A model generated the notes under the pieces. That model did no database searches, was not told where the DNA came from, and saw only the letters and a program-made list of their open reading frames with translations. The position numbers and the translations under genes are program-made. A stretch of DNA of 64,000 nt, taken from positions 480,001-544,000 of the forward strand of contig CAVRAL010000001.1 of the NCBI GenBank assembly GCA_963719085.1, read 5' to 3'. How positions within the stretch are numbered: position 1 is the first letter of the stretch; each line of letters begins with the position of its first letter. Positions 58,469 to 64,000 of the stretch are shown here, in pieces. The DNA is from a candidate division FCPU426 bacterium (GTDB lineage: Bacteria; Oederibacteriota; Muellerivitia; Muellerivitales; Muellerivitaceae).

Positions 58469-58936
58469 GTGAACAACGCGATCGTACCAACTCAAATGAT
58501 GACTTCCGCGCTTCAAGCGTCTGATCCGGGTTTCAGCCTTTCGGGTTTTGGGAAGGCGTTCTCCATCAACTCGCCGTCGAACTTAGATAACCTTCAAAAT
58601 TATTTGTCGGGCGCTTCTTTGGGACATTCCTCGGTTTCCTTAAATTCGATCCGCCATTTAAACCCTTTGACGGGAACACCGACCTATTCCTCGGCGGATT
58701 TGAAAAAGGTGTCCCAAAACTTTGAGAGTATCTTTATGCGGATGATGTTCAAGGAAATGCGGGATTCGGTTCAAAAGTCCGATTTGTTCCCCGATTCCAA
58801 AACCATGGGTCTTTTCGAATCGATGTCCGATGACCAGCTTTCGGATACTTTATCCGCGGCGGGCGGCATCGGGCTGGGGAAGATGATCTACCAACAACTC
58901 CAACAAGTCACCGGTCCGCATCAAAAGACCGTCTAA
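58469..58936 (+). CDS. flgJ: Rod-binding FlgJ (no muramidase domain)
   Basis: L....FESIF...M.KEMR, GIGL..MIYQQL. Confidence 0.8.
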   Translation: MNNAIVPTQMMTSALQASDPGFSLSGFGKAFSINSPSNLDNLQNYLSGASLGHSSVSLNSIRHLNPLTGTPTYSSADLKKVSQNFESIFMRMMFKEMRDSVQKSDLFPDSKTMGLFESMSDDQLSDTLSAAGGIGLGKMIYQQLQQVTGPHQKTV

Positions 58937-59367
58937 TGAATCTGGCCAATTGCTCCAAATGCGGGAAAGTTTATTCCCCGGTTTCCGTTGACCGGACCCT
59001 CTGCCCGGCTTGCGTCAAAGAAGAGCAAGACAACTTCCTGAAGGTTTTCCATTTTTTAGGCTCCCAGCCCAGCGCCACCGCCCAGGAGATCTCCCAGGCA
59101 ACCGGGGTAGAACTGACTGAAATTTACCGTTATGTCAGGGAAAACAGGCTTCGCCTGGCCAAGACGGATACGGGGCTTCGTTGTGAGACTTGCGGAGTGC
59201 CGATCAGCCAGGGGAAAACCTGCGAAAATTGCAGGAAAAAGCTTTCCGCTGAATTAAGTAATGATATAGACAAATTTAAGCAAAATAGGCTTAAAATGCC
59301 CGAAAAGACCCCCGAAGTCCGTGACCCGAAGTATCTGAAAAAGTATCGTGACAAAGATGGCCGCTAA
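58936..59367 (+). CDS. YvyF-like Zn-finger flagellar operon protein
   Basis: NCSKCG..LCPAC, ISQATGV, CETCG..I..G..CENC; precedes flgM. Confidence 0.82.
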   Translation: MNLANCSKCGKVYSPVSVDRTLCPACVKEEQDNFLKVFHFLGSQPSATAQEISQATGVELTEIYRYVRENRLRLAKTDTGLRCETCGVPISQGKTCENCRKKLSAELSNDIDKFKQNRLKMPEKTPEVRDPKYLKKYRDKDGR

Positions 59368-59426
59368 AATCCAACTCTTTAAACCTTTATAAGCTCCTGC
59401 CTTACCCGCCTTTCCTGAAGGTTTGC

Positions 59427-59453
59427 TCAAGTTTTTGGTTAATGGGTCGTTAG
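59427..59453 (+). promoter_or_regulatory. sigma28-like promoter for flgM
   Basis: TCAAGTTT-N11-GTCGTTAG versus consensus TAAAGTTT-N11-GCCGATAA. Confidence 0.55.
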
Positions 59454-59480
59454 GTTAACCAGCAAACTAAAGGAGTTCCT

Positions 59481-59771
59481 ATGCGTATCGATGGTTTTCA
59501 AAACATTCCGGCCATTCTTCAATCCACGAAGCCGGAAAAATCCGTGGCACCCGCTTCAACTGACGAAAAAAAACCGAGCGCCTCGGTTTCGCTCAGTTCA
59601 TTCGGGGAAGTGCTTCAATCGCTTCAACGCCAATCGGTTCAATCCACGCAAAGCCGTGAAAACCGGGTGGATGAACTTCAAAAACAAGTTCAATCGCCTG
59701 ATTTTAAAATCGACCACTCGGCTTTGGCCAGTCAGTTGATTGATTCGCAAATTCTCAACACGGGTTTGTGA
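59481..59771 (+). CDS. flgM: Anti-sigma28 factor FlgM
   Basis: SVSLS, RENRVDELQKQV....FKID...LA..LI; SD AAGGAG. Confidence 0.82.
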   Translation: MRIDGFQNIPAILQSTKPEKSVAPASTDEKKPSASVSLSSFGEVLQSLQRQSVQSTQSRENRVDELQKQVQSPDFKIDHSALASQLIDSQILNTGL

Positions 59772-60262
59772 TGTCGAGCGATTTGTTTAAAGAGTTGGCG
59801 GATCGGATGAACGAGGAAGCGGAGTGTTACCGTCAACTGGTGGTTTTGGCGGGACGGCAAAAAGAGCTTCTGGTGGCGGCCCAAATTCAAGAGTTGCCCG
59901 TGAATGTTCGGTTGGAAGAAAAACAAGTATTTATCCTGGGGCCATTGGTGTCCCGTCGAAACGAGCTGCTGCAGGAAATCGCGAAGTCCCTGGGGATGAA
60001 AACCATGAGCCTTTCACAAGCGGTGGAAAAAGCGCCCGAGGATGTGGCGAAAAGGTTTCGGGAATCAGTCCTGGCTTTGGTTGACAGCGCGAAGCGCTTG
60101 GAGTCGGTCAATCAGGGAAACGACAAGCTTTTGAAAAACGCTTTGTCATACGTCAATTTTACTTTGAAAGCCATCTCGGCCGGCGGTCGTCCCGCGGTGG
60201 CGGCCCGCATGGACAAGGGCATCGAAAAACCGGCCTCGTCTTTTTTGAATCGAAAGGTTTGA
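59768..60262 (+). CDS. flgN: Export chaperone FlgN
   Basis: Helical, N..N..LL..ALSYVNF; between flgM and flgK. Confidence 0.8.
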   Translation: MMSSDLFKELADRMNEEAECYRQLVVLAGRQKELLVAAQIQELPVNVRLEEKQVFILGPLVSRRNELLQEIAKSLGMKTMSLSQAVEKAPEDVAKRFRESVLALVDSAKRLESVNQGNDKLLKNALSYVNFTLKAISAGGRPAVAARMDKGIEKPASSFLNRKV

Positions 60263-60271
60263 GGAAACAAA

Positions 60272-62737
60272 ATGATTAACAGCTTCTTTGGGATCAACAC
60301 GACGCTCAACGGCCTTTTAACCCAACAGGCCGAGCAAAATGTTTTGGCCGACAATATCGCCAAGACGGGAAGCTACGTGGACGCCAACGGGTATGTGATG
60401 ACCACCGAGCAACAGCTCAATGTCACCCAGGGAGCGCCCTATATCCTCAACAGCTCCAACGGCAACTTGGCCATCGGAACGGGCCCCTTGCTTCAATCCA
60501 TCACGCGGATGCGCGACAGTTTTTTAGACAAACAAATTCAACAACAAAGCCAAATCGTCGGCAAGGAACAGGTGTTGTCGAATACCTTGTCCCAGATCCA
60601 GAATATCCTCAATGGAAGCGCGACTACCACTTTAGGCTACGCCATCACCCAGATGGGAAGCGCATTCTCCTCCTTGGCCGCGGCGTCCGGTACTTTGAAT
60701 ACGGATGTGGCCGCCGGAGCCCCGGCCGCCACCATTACGGCCGATCAAGCCAATGTGGCCGCGGCCCAGCAGGCGGCTGTGAACGCGGGTGTGGCTTTCG
60801 CCGCGATGGCGAACGGGCAATATTCCCAATTGAAAAACCTGCAGACTGATATGAATGATCAAATCCAACAAGACGTGACCAGCGTCAACAGTCTTCTCCA
60901 GCAGATCAACCAGGTCAACCAAGCCCTCTTGAACTCCCCCGGAAGCAACCAGAACGATTTGTTGGACGCCCGGGATTACGATATCACGCTTTTGTCCCGG
61001 CTCATGAATGTCAGCGCCAGCTACAGTGCCAATGGAACGGCTAACGTTTATCTGGGTGGTTTGGCCTTGGTGAATTCGGCGGGCGCCGCGATTCTTTCAA
61101 CTAACGTGGAGAATGGCCATAATCCCGGCCTGACGGACATCACGGTTCAATCGCCCCAAGGCACTTTCACCTTCAGTGATGCGTCCAGTACCATCACCAG
61201 CGGTAAATTGGGAGGGGATTTGCAGGCGCGGGATACGGTCATTGAGTCTTACCTGGAGCAAGTCGACCAGATTTCTTTTTCAGTCAGCCAGTTGGCCAAC
61301 CTCATTTATAGTTCGGGATACGACCCGACCAATAGCGCGACGGCGGCCTCGGGCACCGGAATTAATTTCTTCGTGGGCGGGGCCGTTCAAAGCCCCAACA
61401 CTTCCAATATCGCCCAGACCACCAATCCGGCGAACACGGCCATCGTCAATAATCCGGCGGTAAACCAGCCGCAATTAGGCGCTTCCGCCGCTGATATCAG
61501 CGTGAACGCCGCCTTGATCCAAAATAGCGGACACTTGGCCTATTCCAGCGCTTATGGGGCTTTTGTGAACAACGAAATCGCCCAAGCGATGAGCCAGCTT
61601 CCGAATCTTTTGACCAATAGTTTTGTCGCCAGCAATAAGAAGATTGGGACCAATGTCGACCCGGGAGTGACCCTTTCGACCGATGGGGCGACGGTCGCGA
61701 TGATCGGAACCGGTTCGATCAGTATTAATTCCAACGCCCCGGTTAATTATGACCCGGCCGTGGATACGATTTACAGCGTGTTGGCCGGGATTAATGCCAA
61801 CAATAATAATGTGACGGCTTTGTATAATTATAACGCCCAACAGGTTTTGATCTTTTCTACCGCACCCATCAACTTGAATGATTCGAACAATACGGATGGC
61901 TTTACCATTGGGACCCAGCTCACCGAGATATTGACCAGTTCGATCCGCATGAACAACGGGTTCGCTCCCACTGATCCGCAAATTGACGCGGCCACTCCGA
62001 TGGATTCGGTGCCCGCCAAACTTGGGATTCCGGTGCCTGTCCCTATTCCTTACACGGCTGGAAATCAGGCGGCTTTTCGGGTGACTCCTTCCACGACGGG
62101 TACTTTTGCCATCAACGGAATACCGATTTATACCCAATATCCCCCGCCGCCCACGCCCAACAATAGTCCTTACAGTTTCACCAATATCTCGCAGGCATTG
62201 AGCCCGACTTCAGCGAATACGCTTTCAGGGATTATTAACGAAATTGACGCTGCGGGAGCCGCCTATTTTCCGCTTCCGTTGGCCGCCTCTTTTAACAAAC
62301 AGACTCAGCAGTTTTCTTTGGCCTATGGCGCCGGGAGCAACGTTTTAACTCCCATTCAAGTCACGGATATTTCCGGCAACTTTTCGGTCTTCACCGGACT
62401 TAATGCGACCGTTTCGGCTTCCACCTTGGCTTCAAATCTAACCTCGCAGGTGACCGCTGGCGCACAAAACGCCAATACTTTATTTACCCAATCCAATGAT
62501 TCCTTGACCCAGTTGAACAACGAACAAGCCAATATCGGAACCCTATCCGCGGCTTCCGGATCAGGAACTCCCACGGCGGGAACGCCGGTTTCTTTGGTGG
62601 AGGAACAAGCTATGCAAGCCTTGGTGGCTTATAACGCTTCCTTGGAAATGTTGCAGATTCAGAACCAGATGTTCGCGGATTTATTGAACGTGGTGGCCCC
62701 GGTGCCGCCCTCTGGCGCGACGCCGTTTGTGCTTTAA
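60272..62737 (+). CDS. flgK: Hook-associated protein FlgK (divergent)
   Basis: SFFGINTTLNGL..Q, GTG, RMRDSFLD.Q, NDLLDARD, GKLGG.L.ARD, AYNAS. Confidence 0.8.
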   Translation: MINSFFGINTTLNGLLTQQAEQNVLADNIAKTGSYVDANGYVMTTEQQLNVTQGAPYILNSSNGNLAIGTGPLLQSITRMRDSFLDKQIQQQSQIVGKEQVLSNTLSQIQNILNGSATTTLGYAITQMGSAFSSLAAASGTLNTDVAAGAPAATITADQANVAAAQQAAVNAGVAFAAMANGQYSQLKNLQTDMNDQIQQDVTSVNSLLQQINQVNQALLNSPGSNQNDLLDARDYDITLLSRLMNVSASYSANGTANVYLGGLALVNSAGAAILSTNVENGHNPGLTDITVQSPQGTFTFSDASSTITSGKLGGDLQARDTVIESYLEQVDQISFSVSQLANLIYSSGYDPTNSATAASGTGINFFVGGAVQSPNTSNIAQTTNPANTAIVNNPAVNQPQLGASAADISVNAALIQNSGHLAYSSAYGAFVNNEIAQAMSQLPNLLTNSFVASNKKIGTNVDPGVTLSTDGATVAMIGTGSISINSNAPVNYDPAVDTIYSVLAGINANNNNVTALYNYNAQQVLIFSTAPINLNDSNNTDGFTIGTQLTEILTSSIRMNNGFAPTDPQIDAATPMDSVPAKLGIPVPVPIPYTAGNQAAFRVTPSTTGTFAINGIPIYTQYPPPPTPNNSPYSFTNISQALSPTSANTLSGIINEIDAAGAAYFPLPLAASFNKQTQQFSLAYGAGSNVLTPIQVTDISGNFSVFTGLNATVSASTLASNLTSQVTAGAQNANTLFTQSNDSLTQLNNEQANIGTLSAASGSGTPTAGTPVSLVEEQAMQALVAYNASLEMLQIQNQMFADLLNVVAPVPPSGATPFVL

Positions 62738-62757
62738 AGACGAATAAGGAATAAACA

Positions 62758-64000
62758 GTGAAAAGCATCGCCGACATCCTAAGCGCGCTCTCCCAACCGC
62801 CCCAATCCTTGGGCGCTTCCCAAGGCGTGAAGCCGGTTTCGTCCAATTCGGATTCTTCCCAGAACGGAAGCTTCGCGAATGTGGTGAAGCAATTGAATTC
62901 CCAACCGGCCAATAACGGCTCCACGGTTTCTTCGGGAACGCCGGATAACTCAGGTCAAAATTCGAATGCGGCCCAGACGGCGTCGACATCGACACCGGGA
63001 TCGAGCGTCACCCAGGTGACGGCGTTCGACGCCATTGACATCCAATTTTCCGAAACCATCCAGAAAGGGCCTTCGGCCGATCAAAATCAAGTCCAGCAAT
63101 CCTTGGCGGGTTTGGCGACGGCTTTCCAACAGATGGTGGGTTTCCTGCTGTCCAATCCGGACGCTTCCGCCGATCAGGTCCAAAGCCAGATTGTGTCGGC
63201 GACTCAAGGGGCCATCACGCCCGCCGCGGCCAAGGCTTTGGTGGCCGCGGTGCAAGGATTTTTGCAATCCTTACCGCCGAGCCAAAAGAGCCTGCTTTCA
63301 GGCGAAGCCGCCCAGCAAAACCTTTTTAACCAGCTCTTTCAAGGGTTGGCGGCCGGCGTGGCGGCGGCGGGGAACAATAATAAGTCCAACCCGGGTTCGG
63401 ATGATTCGAGTGTTTCTGAAAACTTCAATTTGCAGATGGCTTTTGGAACCTCATCCTTGATTCAAACCGCCAATAGCGGCGCCTCGAGTTCAACCACCCA
63501 ATCGGGCTCGCAATTCTTTGGCGCGGATGTTTCCATGTCCGAGATCAACGACAACGAGATTCAAACTTCCATCACCAACGCGGTTTTGGACGCGGCGCCG
63601 TTAAGCGGCGGCTTGGCGGACTTGACGCAGCAAGAAGGACAACTTTTAACCAACCAGGCTCCACAAGGTTCGGGGGCGTCGCCGGTGACCGGACAGGACT
63701 TGGCGAATCTTTTAAACCAAGCGCAAGCCGGACAAGTGAGTTTAACTTCGTCCAATCAAAGCCAGCCGGCGCTTTCTTCGGATCAGCTCAATAAGATCGC
63801 CGCCATTGATTTCAACCAGATATTCAATTTGATGACTCAGAACGCCCAAAATCAAAATGCCGCCTTGACGCAGCCGGTGGCCCAAGCCGATACCTTGCAG
63901 GCGCCCACGCCGGGCTTGCCGTCGGTTTTAGGCTCATCCAATAGCCCGGCCATTCAAACGAGCATCTTGTCCACGCCGACCGTGGTGACCCTTCAGAACT
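62758..64000 (+). CDS. Long S/Q/A/N-rich protein, partial; probably hook-length control FliK
   Basis: GTG 62758 after AAGGA; frame 1 open to window end (MKSIADILSALSQPPQ...); low-complexity N-terminus typical of FliK, but diagnostic C-domain is outside the window. Confidence 0.55.
   Translation, partial: MKSIADILSALSQPPQSLGASQGVKPVSSNSDSSQNGSFANVVKQLNSQPANNGSTVSSGTPDNSGQNSNAAQTASTSTPGSSVTQVTAFDAIDIQFSETIQKGPSADQNQVQQSLAGLATAFQQMVGFLLSNPDASADQVQSQIVSATQGAITPAAAKALVAAVQGFLQSLPPSQKSLLSGEAAQQNLFNQLFQGLAAGVAAAGNNNKSNPGSDDSSVSENFNLQMAFGTSSLIQTANSGASSSTTQSGSQFFGADVSMSEINDNEIQTSITNAVLDAAPLSGGLADLTQQEGQLLTNQAPQGSGASPVTGQDLANLLNQAQAGQVSLTSSNQSQPALSSDQLNKIAAIDFNQIFNLMTQNAQNQNAALTQPVAQADTLQAPTPGLPSVLGSSNSPAIQTSILSTPTVVTLQN

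Noticed and set aside
63035..63460. 141-aa Arg-rich plus-strand ORF
   Set aside because: Alternative frame of the longer ORF starting at 62758
1..64000. tRNA/rRNA, IS elements, prophage or defence genes
   Set aside because: No cloverleaf, transposase, integrase, phage or nuclease signatures recognised by eye; not confirmed by tools

Overview
Bacterial genomic window with every supported gene on the + strand and no tRNA, rRNA, CRISPR array or transposase recognisable. It has three parts. (1) 0.3-13.2 kb: a metallo-beta-lactamase-fold/2x cNMP-binding protein, then three large secreted modular proteins (GH5; a DUF11/FlgD-like adhesin candidate; GH116-malectin). All three have long Thr-alternating stalks and end in a T9SS type-A-like C-terminal domain. 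(2) 13.2-26.1 kb: housekeeping genes (Gfo/Idh/MocA, zincin, two thioredoxins, secDF, yggS, proC, yggT-like, PNP, mtnA, thioesterase, a 34-aa bS22-like peptide missed by the ORF track, a GAF-GAF-GGDEF cyclase and a MerR-type HTH). (3) 26.3-64 kb: a large flagellar cluster of a diderm bacterium (L/P rings present) with Firmicutes/spirochete-like accessory genes. It contains two fused PorV-like beta-barrel genes, an apparently non-lipidated FlgH, a FliY with degenerate phosphatase motifs and a divergent FlgK not followed by flgL. The main lead is a T9SS-like CTD/PorV system in a flagellated, probably non-Bacteroidota lineage, with the barrel genes inside the flagellar operon. A second lead is a shared, possibly structured, 5'-leader motif. 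All family calls come from motif recognition by eye; no searches were run.
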